Shown in pieces: positions 15,101 through 26,289 of a stretch of DNA of 64,000 nucleotides. The position numbers were made by a program, and so were the translations under genes. Source of the DNA: Thalia democratica (taxonomy: Eukaryota); NCBI GenBank assembly GCA_965202585.1, contig OZ241831.1:11346001-11410000 (forward strand), read 5' to 3'. The first letter of the stretch is position 1. Each line of letters opens with the position of its first letter. The notes beneath the pieces were generated by a model, which saw only the letters and a program-made list of their open reading frames with translations, did no database searches and was not told where the DNA came from.

Positions 15101-18100
15101 GGACACCCCTCCTAGTAAGGTTTGTTGAAAAGTTTTATTTTTACAAAGGTGTTTGTACATAGAATTCATAAAAGTTGAAAATAGTTTCTTGATCTACATA
15201 ATTTTATACAAAAATTTTGGTTGTTTTAAAAATATAAGTAAAAATATAAGTCTCAACCTACAGTGTAAAAAAACTTGCGAACGTAAGACATTGCTTAAAA
15301 AAACAGTTGCCTAAAATAGTGTGTCTCATTTCATAAATTTTGTTTGCAGAAAAACTTGGGGACGTCTTTTGAGAGGCAGAGGTCGAGATGCCTGCACAAA
15401 GCCAGGAAGAGCATGGACTCCAGTTTCTGCGACAAGAGCGATTGCTGCGACGTTCCAACCGTCGTACACGAGTCGCCGGTGAAGGCCTGCAGCTTGTTAG
15501 TTGAATTTAAAATGTATGAAATATATTGTTGTCATTTAATAAGACTAAATCAGAGTTTTAAGTGTTTTAAACAAAGTTGATCAAGTTTATGTTTTAACCT
15601 GCAAAATCCTAAACCTAAAGAAATTAATTAACTTTTCACAGGAAAGCGGGCGACTTGTACGAGAGAAACGAGTCTTCCTCCTTCTACAACGACCAGCAGC
15701 AGCCGGCGAGAAGTTGCCAGCGGGGCCAGGAAGCGCTGAACAAGATGAAGCAGATGACCGAGAAGAAGAAGAAGAGCGCCAAGAGGATACTCGACTTCGG
15801 CGCCGATCACCATTCTCCCAAGAAAGCCAAGCTGGACGAGCGACAGCCCGTGACGAGAGTGCTGAGGCCCAGGAAGGACTCTGAAAGCTCGATGGCGGAG
15901 ATCCCGTTCTCCCCGATTCCCAGTTCTCCCTCGAGGACGCCGACTAAAAAGAACCCTAAAAGCGTCAGTTCCCCTGAAAAGGCGAGCCCCTCCAAACGAA
16001 CAATGCGGCTGCGAAGAGACTCTGAGAACAGTGTAAGTTCTCCTAAAACTTTCAATTGTTTGAAGTCTCCCATTTCAGCCATCGATTCCTCATCGCACCC
16101 CATCACCAGGTTGACAAGGCAACGAAGGGACTCGGAAAGGTCCAACGTGTCGCCGCTGGCAGGCCAAGTCGGGGTTAGAAGCCCCAAGAAAGGCAGCAAG
16201 CAGCAAACCTTCCCGAAATCCCCCCTGAAATTCCCAAAAACGTCCCAAATACCGACTTCGCCGCTAAAAGTACAAAACAAGTCCGTTTTCCTGCCGACTC
16301 ACGTAGTGACGCCCCAGAAGGAAAGTCCCCGCAAAACCAACGGAGGGTCGCCCAGCCCGTCAAAGCGGCCCAAAATGAGGTCTGCAAGGAAACAGCTGCT
16401 AGCCAGGTATTACAACGCAACCCCTCCTTCCGTAGCCAAGCAACTGTTCCCTGGTAACAGCTCGAATGACACACCAGCTTCTAAAGCCGAAAGTTCTGTT
16501 GAGCAAACGGTTGACGAGTTGACAGTTGAAACGGGAGCTGCAGATAATAAAAAATTAAGTGAGATTAGATCGTTTTTAAAAAGTGATGAAAAGTTGGAAC
16601 AGCCAAAAGAGGTTTGTGAGGACACAGCTTTGGAAAGTAAACAGGCAAAGGATACAAAAAATTCTACTGTTAGTCAGTTGTCAGCTGCTAAAGATGTGTG
16701 TCGTACTCCTACTAAAAAGAAAGTTCCAACCAGAAAACAACTTTTTAGAGACGCTAAATCTCCTGTTAAAAACAAGTACGGAAGAAATCCAGTTGAAAAT
16801 AATGCACATGATGAAAATGTCGTAACTAATATTACTTTACCTAAACAAAAAGATAAAAGTCCTAACCCTAAAGTTGATCTGAGCTCTAAGTTTGACGAAG
16901 AATTAACCTCTAAATGTTCTGAAGAAAATGGAGTTATCAGTACTCAGGTTACAAAAGATAAACAAGTTAACATTACTGAAACTATTGAAGTTGTAGAAAC
17001 TAAAAAGCAAACTGATAATTCTATGGACCAATCTAATGATCTTGAACAAGTGGTTGAAACTTCAGAGACGCTTAAAAATTCCAATAAATCGGAAATAATT
17101 TCTTTGCCAACAAATAATGATAGCGGATGCACTGAAAGCAGAGATGATGAAAATTCAAACGTTCCAATCAAGTTAAAACAAGAGAATGTTCTCGAAACCG
17201 ACCAGGGCGGCCAGTCTACGAACGAGAAAACCGAGCTCGAACTTTTAAATCTGCTCGATAAAACAACTGGTAAAATTGAGGAGAGGGCAAAGCATGCTCA
17301 CTATCACGAAACAAGCGATGTCAAATCAAACTGTGATGGCGCGGTCACCGTCATACACGAAAATGCCGATGAAAATGTAGTCAACGGCACGTCGGGCTTA
17401 CTGCCTGATACTTGCGATGGAGATTCTGCTGATAAGTTTCCCGCTTCCTGGTCCAACAGCCCGCCGAGGCCAGGCTTCGCAAAGGCGTTCGACGACAAGA
17501 CGCCGAAAAAAAACTTTCTCCTTCAGCCGTCCAAGAGCTCCGGAGCCAAGAGCTTGTACGGCCAGATTTTCTCGAGCAAGTCTCCGACCAGGGCGAGCTT
17601 GCATCGCGCGGTCAAAGACTCTCCCGTGAAGTACGCCGTCTGCGGATTGAGGACTCCCAAAAAGAACGGTTCTCCGCGGAAGAGGTTGTTCAGCGACGCT
17701 TCTTGTTCGGGCAAAAACGATTCCAGTGTTTTTTACACTCCTGTCAAAGTCGAGTCTGGTAACGAGATGACAGCAAACTTGGATCTTACTTCCCCTACAA
17801 GAACTTTCAGGTAAAAGTTCATTTTCATAAGTTTAAATGATAATTTTACTTTTTTTTTTATTGATTTTTAGTCTACTTTGACCTGGGATTTAAGTAAAAA
17901 AATTAATCGGTTTGTAATTAATAATAAATAAAAAAACTACATTTAAAATTTCAAAATTAGTGTTTAGAATAGGGTAGGGCATTTTTTTAACTGGCGGGCC
18001 GGATCCTGATAATTTAGTCCTTGGCGGGCAGGAAGATTTCGAATTAGTAATCTACCGGATCCAGTATACGGGTCCGGGTCTGGCCGAGTCCTAATTAGAA

Positions 18101-21100
18101 AACATTATCCGGATACGGCCGAATACTGATTTTTAAAATAAGATCCAGATCCAGCCAGAACCTAATTTTAAATAAAGATTTCGATTTGGTTGGATACTAA
18201 CTTTATGATCACTATTTCCAATTTATTTAATTCACAAAAATTTCTCAAGTATAATATTTTAAGTTAATGTTTATAAAGTATTCATAATTCTACATTTATT
18301 ATGGTTACATGACAATTCAAATTCGGACAATTCAAATTGCACAGTTCAAATTCTAAAAAAATAATTAAAGGGCTACAACTTAAAAAGTATTATATATTTA
18401 AAAAAAATAAAAAATATGTAAGTCGGTATTATTAATTTCTACAAGCCTACAAGTAAAATATTAAATATTTCTTAAGATATCAAAAAATAATAAAAATAAG
18501 TATACTTTGAAACTTATTTTAGCCATATCAAAAAATATATTTATTATTTTTCAAAAAGAAAAAAAAGCTTGTAAATATTAATATACAACATACATTTTTT
18601 TTTTGTTTCAAATGTATACTACTTTTTAAGTCGTGTCCCTTTAAAATTTTTGTAGAATTTGATTGTCGGAATTTGAATTGTTGTGCACCCATTTATTATA
18701 ACCGTTTGGTTTTTTCACTAATAAATAAATAATATTTTGGTCAGTAGTTAAGTAATATATCTATAAGAAGTTATTTTGACATTTGTGGAATTTAAAAGAT
18801 TTTAAACAATTATTTAAAATCTGTAGATATATCTTAAGTATATTTTTTAAGTAATTACTGTAGATTGCTATCAGTTAGATCTGAGCGTAGATTAGTGTTT
18901 ATGTTCATGTTTTAAAATGTTTTTTCACAAAGATGATATATTCGTAGTCACACAAGACCAAACTGAACTAACAAACTTCTATCATGAAATGAATACTCTA
19001 CACCCAAACTTAGAATTCACTCTAGAAAGATCCGTTGACGGAAAACTACCGTTTCTCGACACTTAAGTAAAACAAATATCAAACCAACTACACACAAATG
19101 TGTACAGAAAACCAACAGACACAGGTCTAATTATGCAATATACTAGTATTTGTCCTAAATCTTGGAAACTCGGTTTAATAAACTTTTATCTAAACAGAGC
19201 GCTTAATATATGCTCAAATTTTACCGCTTTTAAAGATGAACTTACAAAAATTGAAAACTTATTACTCAAGAATCAGTATCCAATAAACCTTATAAAGTCC
19301 AAAATCAACAAATTTCTTGAAGCTCACAAAATCGACAATTCAACATTTAAACAAAATGAAAATATTAACACAAAAAATGAAAAGAAAACAGAAACCGAAA
19401 ACTACGCTTATTTCACAACAGTTTACGTTGGAAGCTGTTCAATAAGATTCCAAAAACGAATAGCATCCATATTTGAAAAACACAATATTAGTATTAAACC
19501 GGCCTACACCAGCAAAAAGGTTTCTGACTACTTCAGCAACAAAAGTAAATGCTCGAAAGTATTTGACGCAAATGTTATTTATAAATATACCTGCTCTGCA
19601 GATCAGAGCATCTCTTACATCGGAGAAACATCACGGCAAATATTCCGACGAATTACAGACCACTGCGGAACAGATAAAAACAGCGCAATATTTGAACATC
19701 TTTTTAATTGCACATCCTGTCAAAACTCTGACATTGTTCAAAATTTTAAAGTTTTAAAACGATGTAAGAAAAGCGAACTTTACAGCCTGGAATCAATATT
19801 GATTGAAGAAGAGCGACCTAACTTAAATACGCAAGTAGCATTAAATGGCAAAACAAAGTTATTAACAATCTATTAATAAACATGCCTTTAGTTTTAATTA
19901 CTGAATCTCTAATTTTTGTATTTGTTTTAATTTATTCATACGTCATAATTAAAAGTTATTTTTTAAGCTATTCACTCAACGAAAATTTTTTCAAATTTCA
20001 TTTAAAATTTATCACTTGACAAAGAAATCTTGCATGATTTTGAAAAGCTTTGTGTAATAAAATATAAAAAACAAAATGAACCTATTGGTATTGAGTTGCA
20101 AATGGTATATAAATACATTCAAAAACCTTCCTACAATAGTACTTATGAAAAGAATTGTAACATTAATGCCTTTACTACAAAGTACATTTCATTAGTAAAA
20201 GTAACCTTTCCCATTAGTTTGGTATTAAGTTTATTCTATTCTTAAACAAATCTACCTTGAATGCAAAATCAAAGAGCCATTTCTTATTCGAAAATTGAAT
20301 AACATCTTTATACTATTTAATTTTTGCAAGTTTTCGAATTTGCGGTTTTAGATTCCAAACGCGTTGTAACCTATGGATGTAGGTACCTTTAATAATAAAC
20401 TCAATCTATACTAAATGATGATACTCAATAATACTTAGGGCTACTCTATACATAACTAGGCATGACAATGAATGAACATGTTGTATTAAAGAACAATTGC
20501 GAACACTAACAAATATATAAAGAACATCAAATTTAGAAAGCACTTTAAATGTGGTCAAAACCTTTACACAAGATTTAATCTAGCAAGAATATACTTTAAG
20601 AATGTATAAAACAAAATAAGATTTAACTACTTAGAATGTAAATAAGAAATACTTATAAAAATAACACTAACAAAAAAACACTTTATAAAACACAAGAAAA
20701 CAATATAAATGTCTATTCTTCATTACTGCAGCAGGCTGTGGCTAGAATCTCCCACTGCTTTCTGTGGCTGATTTATATAGCAGCGTTCTTAACTTTTTGC
20801 AACATTAATTCAGTAATTTCTGGCCTGCACTTTATTTTCTCAATTTTCAACTGTATTAAACTTGCATCAGTATAAAACTTGACCTTGCGAGCTTTTTCTT
20901 AACCGCTTGAGTAAACTTTTAGCTCAAAACTTCCAACCAAATCTAAACGGTAATCAAGTGCAACTTGATATCTTGTTACAGCGTCCCAAAACTGTCCCTA
21001 AACTTAATTGACATGTAAAGTTGAGCAGTTTAACTGAAAGTAGTTGTCAATTATTTTTTGGGAAAAAATAAAAACTTATTTTTTTTTTATTGTTGCTATA

Positions 21101-23806
21101 AATAAGTCACTGTTTATTCGGGAAAGACCGTCATTTTTGACTCTTTTATTGTTCATGAGTGTCAGTGACATGGTAGATTGACAAAGGTATGTATGTAAAA
21201 TACCAGGTTTGAATAATCTCTTTGCTTAGGGTATTTTGAAAAAAGAATACTCCAACTGAATTTGAACTCAACAAAATATTAGGACAAAATGGTCTGTTTA
21301 TCAGTACACATAATTTAAAAAGCCAACCCCTAATTTAGAAAATAAGAAAAACTGCTAAAATAAGTTGTTTTTTTTACAAAGTTTAAGTTGAATTGAAACA
21401 AGCTAATATTGAAATCTACTATGATGTAAGATTCATAAAAAAACAGTAAATACTAAGTTTAATAAAAAAAACTCAACTATCAGATCGTTGGAAAAGAACA
21501 TGTTCGGCACGCCCAGCTACAGCAAGCAGAGGAATTATTCCAGCCTGTACACGCAGCAGCCCATGAAGCACCTCAACCTCATGAACAGCCCGCGCCTCAA
21601 AGTTGCCGGCAAACTTGAGTTGAAAAACGGCGCCAAACCGAAGCGCGCCACTTCGAGCCCCAAAAGCAGCCGGGAAAACGTCTACCTGTCGAAAATGACT
21701 TCGCTCGAAGTGCTCAAGCGCTGGGAGGAGAGCTTGGGTGAAGACGACGATTTCAAGATAACTTACAAGAGCGGTGACAAAATTGAAACTTACGGCGGGG
21801 ACGTGGCGCCGCAGTGGTCGACTTCTGACGACGAATCTGCCGAAGACGAGGGCAATGACGTCACAACCCCGGCTTCGGAAGAGCGTTTTCAGGTGAAAAA
21901 GCTCAGGTCGAGGACCATCATGAGTCCCAAGCACAACCCGGAACCGCGGAACGAAATTCAAAGTTTCCTGGACAATTTCAACCCGGAAACTGAAGATGCG
22001 AGTTCTAATGGAGCAACGGATTATTTCAACAAGTTTATGGAAGATAGAATGTTGAGCCCGCCCTCTTTAAACGGGTTGTCCACTGCCAATAAAAATGGCG
22101 TCGATTCTGATTTCAGCAAAGATTTTTCAGGCTTTCATAATGATCTTAAAACGGGTTTCACTCCTGAGTCAAATAATACTTCTTTTCCTAGCAGAGATAC
22201 TTCTGGATTCAATGACAGTTCTTCGATTTTTACTATTAATTCAACAGAAAAAAATGTCCTCTCCACAAGCCGAATTTCAAAAGGTACATCTGAAGTTAAT
22301 GACTCTTCCATAAACTTGACTCCAAAATCTCAGAAACCTGGCAATACAGCTTCACAATCTCACAAGCCTTGGAAAAATTTGAATGCAACTCCCCTTTCCT
22401 CGAAATCTCTGCGGAGATCGCCTCGAAAAAGCCTGCACAGATCGGCCAACAAAAGTTCGAATTTTATGGCTTCTCCAGCTTCGTCTGTCAAAAGTCTTCA
22501 GAGCAATTCGCCTTGGAGAACGCCTGCGAAATTGGCGAGGCAGCACGACCTGCTGAACTCGCCTGCCTACTCTATAAGCAGCCTCAGCTCGCCTTTCGTG
22601 AACAAGGTCAGCTCGCCATTGGTGAACAAAAACAGATCGCCGTTCGTCAAGTCGAAGAAGCCGGTGGTGATCAAGGTTGAAAGTTGCGAGAAGCTGCCGG
22701 ACCCCAGGCTTTTCAGGGATTCGGGCTGCTACTCTGACGTCAGCAGGTTCGCCAGCCGGGAAGCGACTCCGAAGAGCGGGAAAAAGTTACTAAAAACCCC
22801 CAAAATGAAAAACTGCAGAAAGCCCTCCAAAACTCCTTTGAAAACGCCTCAGACTCCGGATTGGATCAAAAAAGAGGAGTGTCAGTCCAGCAGCAACAAC
22901 TCGAGCAGGAGGAACCTGTTCAGCGATTCGAGCTTCGACGATTCGCTGAGGTCGAGGCGGGCGAGCGGGGACTCGACCCAGAACGTTCTCAACTCTTCGG
23001 ACGAGTGTTACACGATGCTGGACAGCCAGGACGGAGGCCTGGTGCTGAAGAATTCCAACAAGCTGCTCATGATGCGCACCTGCAGCAAGATTAAACAGGT
23101 GAAAAAATTGAAGTAAATATAGTACAATAAAGTTGTTTTATTTGAATGCTAAAGGACTTACAAATTAAATTATGAACAATAGTTTTTAATGTACTTAAGT
23201 TAAATCTCAATGTTTTATTTTTATTTGTAATGTCATTTGTTAAAGAGCTAATCAATTTTAGAGAAAAAAAAATAATAACATGGAAATTTTACTTTGCAGG
23301 AGGACCATCAATCGGATTCGGACAAGGAAAGCTTCTGTTCCAAGTTCGCCGCCGACCAGGCCAAAGAGCTGCGCAGAACCAACCACAAAATCCCCCGCCA
23401 CCAAAGTTTCCACCACCAGCGGCTGGTTCGCACTTCGGGGATCACCCCGCAGAAGAAAGTGGTCAAAATCAAAAAGCTTTCCGAGCCTCCTCTCTTGAAA
23501 GCGCACGCCGGTCGCACCCCGCGAAAACCGTTCGACCGTGAAAAAGCCCGCCAAACGACGCCCAGGATGCCGAAGTTGACGAGGGCGGTGGCGACGCCGG
23601 TGAAGGGGTGGGGCGGCATCAGCCCGGACCGGATGCCCGCGAAGCGGAAGTCGCACCGCTCGATCAGGCACAAGTGGAAGTCGCCGAGGGAGGAGGGGGA
23701 AATAACGAGCGACGATTCGTCGGACGACGAGATTGAGGTGCTTTCCCCGAACAGAAAGAGCGGCCAGGTGCGCATCAAGACGGTGAGGACGGTCGTGAGA
23801 AAGTGA
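142..23806 (+). CDS. TICRR: Treslin/TICRR orthologue, multi-exon, 5'-incomplete (first exon(s) upstream of window)
   Basis: Exons with AG/GT ends and matching phases: 142-252, 632-728, 997-1171, 1351-1848, 2181-2371, 2597-2683, 2929-2994, 3444-3528, 5011-5143, 5402-5468, 5756-5923, 6565-6691, 8515-8682, 13525-13749, 14109-14185 (or -14165), 14541 (or 14521)-14624, 14968-15119, 15350-15495, 15642-17810, 21484-23098, 23300-23806; ~2315 aa, no internal stop. HILDTPPSK, VVHESPVK and SSSFY occur in the same order as vertebrate Treslin VAETPVHK, VVEESPEK (TopBP1-binding CDK sites) and SASFY. A helical STD-like segment (MLIFLEL...YIQTCGKLMADTLDQIYPKVPDRL) precedes them and a long S/T-P-rich tail follows. 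Confidence 0.88.
3756..4664. mobile_element. Non-autonomous DNA transposon (hAT-like MITE) in a Treslin intron
   Basis: Terminal inverted repeats CAGGGTTGCCACA / TGTGAAACCCTG with subterminal AAAAGTCAGGA repeats at both ends; no clean TSD. Confidence 0.65.
7195..7375. promoter_or_regulatory. Intronic CpG-rich promoter/enhancer-like island 1
   Basis: CCAATCAG at 7241, ATTGGCGCC at ~7258 (inverted CCAAT overlapping an E2F-like site), CpG cluster in AT-rich intron. Confidence 0.4.
8130..8260. promoter_or_regulatory. Intronic island 2 with adjacent CHR and E2F sites
   Basis: TTTGAA (8135-8140) directly followed by TTTGGCGCGG (8141-8150). Confidence 0.45.
10095..10320. promoter_or_regulatory. 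Intronic island 3 (E2F, CCAAT, CRE)
   Basis: TTTCCCGCC 10098-10106, CCAAT 10115-10119, palindrome TTATGACGTCATAA 10180-10193. Confidence 0.45.
11820..12220. promoter_or_regulatory. Intronic island 4, promoter-like, possibly bidirectional
   Basis: Dense CpG/GCGC cluster, several TTTGAA/TTCAAA CHR-like motifs, pyrimidine-rich tract ending in a candidate donor AAG|gtgatt near 12218. Confidence 0.45.
12850..13420. repeat. Three degenerate tandem copies of an AT-rich unit
   Basis: Recurrent TTTGTAAATAATAG...ATAATAA..TTATACTAAC core at ~12900, ~13135 and ~13270; AATGAGTAACAT twice; TTCAATAAAAAAAGT...CTTCAACTAGC twice. Confidence 0.7.
15642..17810 (+). CDS. TICRR: Treslin large exon (disordered, CDK-site-rich C-terminal region)
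   Basis: Acceptor ttttcacag, donor AG|gtaaaa; 2169 nt, phase 2-2; matches the 719-aa ORF 15655-17814. Confidence 0.9.
17970..18195. repeat. Decayed CCGGAT/GGGTCCGG-rich repeat related to 44407-44598
   Basis: Shared GGGTCCGGGTC.GGCCG and ATCCGGAT..GGCCGAAT motifs. Confidence 0.55.
18303..18689. mobile_element. MULE/Mutator-like MITE
   Basis: Imperfect ~20-bp TIR (GGTTACATGACAATTCAAATT / AATTTGAATTGTTGTGCACC) flanked by a perfect 10-bp direct repeat CATTTATTAT (18293-18302, 18690-18699). Confidence 0.7.
18932..20060 (+). mobile_element. 5'-truncated Penelope-like retroelement: RT C-terminus/thumb plus GIY-YIG endonuclease
   Basis: Frame reads DDIFVV...LHPNLEFTLE...KLPFLDT*VK...VYRKPT...RALNICS...KNQYP, then VIYKYTC...SYIGETSR...RITDH; one nonsense codon at 19064-19066; ORF ends 19876; hammerhead-like motif in the 3' flank. 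Confidence 0.9.
20011..20058 (+). ncRNA. Variant minimal hammerhead-like motif of the intronic PLE
   Basis: CAC-TTGACAAAG-AAATC(ttgcat)GATTT-T-GAAA-AGCTTT-GTG: stem I CAC/GTG, 5-bp stem II, palindromic AAAGCTTT in the stem III position. Confidence 0.5.
20760..21005 (-). pseudogene. Degenerate antisense coding-like segment in a Treslin intron, product unknown
   Basis: After tttag, frame reads GQFWDAVTRYQVALDYRLDLVGSFELKVYSSG*EKARKVKFYTDASLIQLKIEKIKCRPEITELMLQKVKNAAI* with a single internal stop. Confidence 0.3.
21484..23098 (+). CDS. TICRR: Treslin penultimate exon
   Basis: Acceptor tatcag, donor CAG|gtgaaa; phase 2 matches the previous exon; matches the 542-aa ORF 21488-23116. Confidence 0.88.
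23300..23806 (+). CDS. TICRR: Treslin terminal exon
   Basis: Acceptor actttgcag, phase 0; basic S/T-P-rich ORF ending in TGA at 23804-23806. Confidence 0.85.
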   Translation, partial: EDHQSDSDKESFCSKFAADQAKELRRTNHKIPRHQSFHHQRLVRTSGITPQKKVVKIKKLSEPPLLKAHAGRTPRKPFDREKARQTTPRMPKLTRAVATPVKGWGGISPDRMPAKRKSHRSIRHKWKSPREEGEITSDDSSDDEIEVLSPNRKSGQVRIKTVRTVVRK

Positions 23807-24589
23807 AAACGAATAAAACAGTTTTATAAAATAAACAATTTAACGCTTAATAATTTTTTGTTGTGTAGATAAAATGTTTATATACTTGAAGTTTTTCTGT
23901 TAGGATTGTGGAAATATTGCAGTGTTACGATTTAAACAGTCAAAATAAGTTGATTGGTTATTTTTTGAACATTTCGAATGTTTGAAAAAAAAATCAAAGT
24001 ATATTTTTAATTCTTTAAGTATATAAGATTATCCGTGAAAAATTCATGACGCTATCAGTTAAATATTTTAGTTTTTATAAATTATTTATGTGGTATACAC
24101 TATTTTAAATTAACTTATGTTTGCTTGTTGAAAAGCACATGTGTTTAGTTTCAAGTTATATGTACACTTTAATTGTGTAACTTGAAGTCAGAAGTGAAAT
24201 AATATTAAATGTTTAGGAAATAAGTTATCACAATTAAACATAAATGCCAGCTGCACATTTTAATTGAAATATATTTTGTTTGTAAAATGATTCTTTTTGT
24301 TCTGTTGTTGCTGTTTGAGCCGTTGTTAATAAAAAAATGTTTACAACTAGTTGTTTTTTCATAAAAAAGCAAAAAGTAGTATTAAGTTTTTGTATTATTG
24401 TTTTTTTTTGTAAACTTAAAAAATTAACAGAACCACTTAACACATTAAGAAACATAATGTTTGAAATTGTCTTTGTAAAAATAACTTTAGAAGTTTAAAG
24501 TTAATAGTTTGTTAGTAAAGATAGTAGCGAAGCAAGTTCGCTGGAGTATATAATAAAAACAATTTGCACGGTACTTTTTCGTTATTGAT

Positions 24590-25690
24590 CTAACATATGC
24601 TTTTCAATGTTCAACAAATCAACACAGCTCCACGGAGTTCTGAAGAAAGTATTGTATAAGAGATTCCATCAAAATCTCATATAGTTGTTCCCCAAACACA
24701 AAAGCAATCATAAGTGGACACAATAAAAAGCTGTTCGAAAAACCACCAACAGAGCCAGAACTATGCAACTGCAAAAGCAAAAAAAATAATGTCTAGTCAA
24801 GAACAAATAAGTGTAAATCCGAAAGTATAATCTACGAAGCAATTGTAACACCTGAAAAAAATGAAAATGTATCATATATTGGATCCACTCGAAGACCTTT
24901 CAAGAACAGATTATACGAACATAGAGCATCATTTTCTAGACCCAATAAGAAGAAGCCCACCAACTGCACACAACTCGCCAACTACATATGGAAATTGTAT
25001 GAAAAAGACGAAAAATACACAATTGAATGAAAAATACTCAGACAGACCAGCAACAGGTTTAAACCAGATTTTATGTGCTCATTATGTAACCTAGAAAGAC
25101 TGTACATAGCATACGCTAACAAAAGAAAAATCCTTAACAAGAGAAATGAACTGGTTACACAGTGCCCTCATTACCCTAGGGAATATTTTTAGTTTATTTT
25201 TAATTGCATTAAATTAGTTTATTTTATTTCATTTAATTCTATTTAATTTATTTTTTTTGTTATATTTATGTTTGTATTGTGTACATATATTTGTTCTTAG
25301 TTACAACCTTTTTCATAAATGACTATTTTTGTTTTCTTGAAATCCCCTATAAATCGTAATATTTACAACTTTTTAAAGCTTAATATATAGAATATTATTT
25401 TAGCCCTATACAAAACTAATTTTATTTTCCTTTATAATAATATATTTAGATAATGTATAGTTAACAGAATACTAAAATTAAACTTACCTATGTTTTAATT
25501 TAATTTTAATTAAGTTTTTATCAACAACATGTTAATGGTAACTCACATTTTAAATTTAATTTTATTTTTATGAGTATTTTTGTTTTCTAGTTCATTTCTC
25601 TGTATATTTTTTTTCAACTTTTGTTAGCGTCTGATGAACTGCTCTGCAGGGAAACGGCGTAACGCAATAAAAGTTAGACAATAAATTAGG
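24590..25690 (+). mobile_element. Decayed Penelope-like element 3' end (GIY-YIG, possibly Naiad-type)
   Basis: KISYSCSPNTKAIISGHNKKL...LCNCK, IIYEAIVT...SYIGSTRRPFKNRLYEHRASF, TQLANYIWKL, IE*KIL, CSLCNLERLYIA, LNKRNELVTQCPH with frameshifts and stops; T-rich tail ending in a hammerhead. Confidence 0.85.
25621..25670 (+). ncRNA. Type I minimal hammerhead ribozyme (PLE-associated)
   Basis: TTGTTAGCGT-CTGATGA-A-CTGC(tct)GCAG-G-GAAAC-ggc-GTA-ACGCAATAA: conserved core, stem I GCGT/ACGC plus 5 bp after a bulge, 4-bp stem II; predicted cleavage after GUA at 25661. Confidence 0.75.
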
Positions 25691-25762
25691 AAAATATTAT
25701 ATACTGCAAGAAAGGAGTAGATGATAAAGTAGGTTTGATAATGAGCCATTATTACTATAGAT

Positions 25763-25924
25763 CAGGGGTCGGCAAACTGCGGCCCGCGGGCCACTTTAAA
25801 TTTTTTTTTCATCTAGTTTATTAAATTAATTTTCTCAAAAAACAAAAATAAAAATTTAGTGTTATCTTTAAATATGTTTTTTAAAGCACATAAAAAACGT
25901 TCTTTTTTGACCTGCCGACCCCTG
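25763..25924. mobile_element. hAT (Charlie-like) MITE
   Basis: TIR CAGGGGTCGGCA / TGCCGACCCCTG with perfect 8-bp TSD CTATAGAT (25755-25762, 25925-25932). Confidence 0.9.
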
Positions 25925-26289
25925 CTATAGATTAATAATTAATAGTAGATACAAAATGTTGTATAAACCGACCGTCACGAATTGTGAAAAGGGAGTAAAT
26001 CAATAAGCATTAAATAGTATTAATATATTTTATTTATTATAATATTATATTAATTAACGCTTATTGATTTAGTTCTACCTTATAACCGGTACAACAGATG
26101 TTATGAAAGGTAAAAAATCTTCAGTGCAATGTCTTGGCTGGTGGCAATACAGTAGTAAAGACTAAAATATTAAGTAATATAAAAAACCAAGAGATTAGAA
26201 TTTTGACAATGTTTTAAATTTTGTTAAGTTAACATTTTTAATAAATAATTAAACAATTGTCTGGACTAAGGGCAGGAAACTTTAATAGC

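Noticed and set aside
15807-17714. Multiple antisense and off-frame ORFs over the large Treslin exon
   Set aside because: Shadow ORFs expected in GC-rich coding sequence; no motifs or splice support. The same applies to 21473-23778 and 36413-36999.
25028-25030. In-frame TGA in the PLE endonuclease as possible selenocysteine
   Set aside because: It falls at a Trp position (IEW in the neighbouring element) in an otherwise frameshifted copy, so a TGG>TGA mutation is simpler.
25996-26071. Inverted repeat TAAATCAATAAGC / GCTTATTGATTTA
   Set aside because: Short IR around an AT-only spacer; probably a collapsed MITE, no TSD found.
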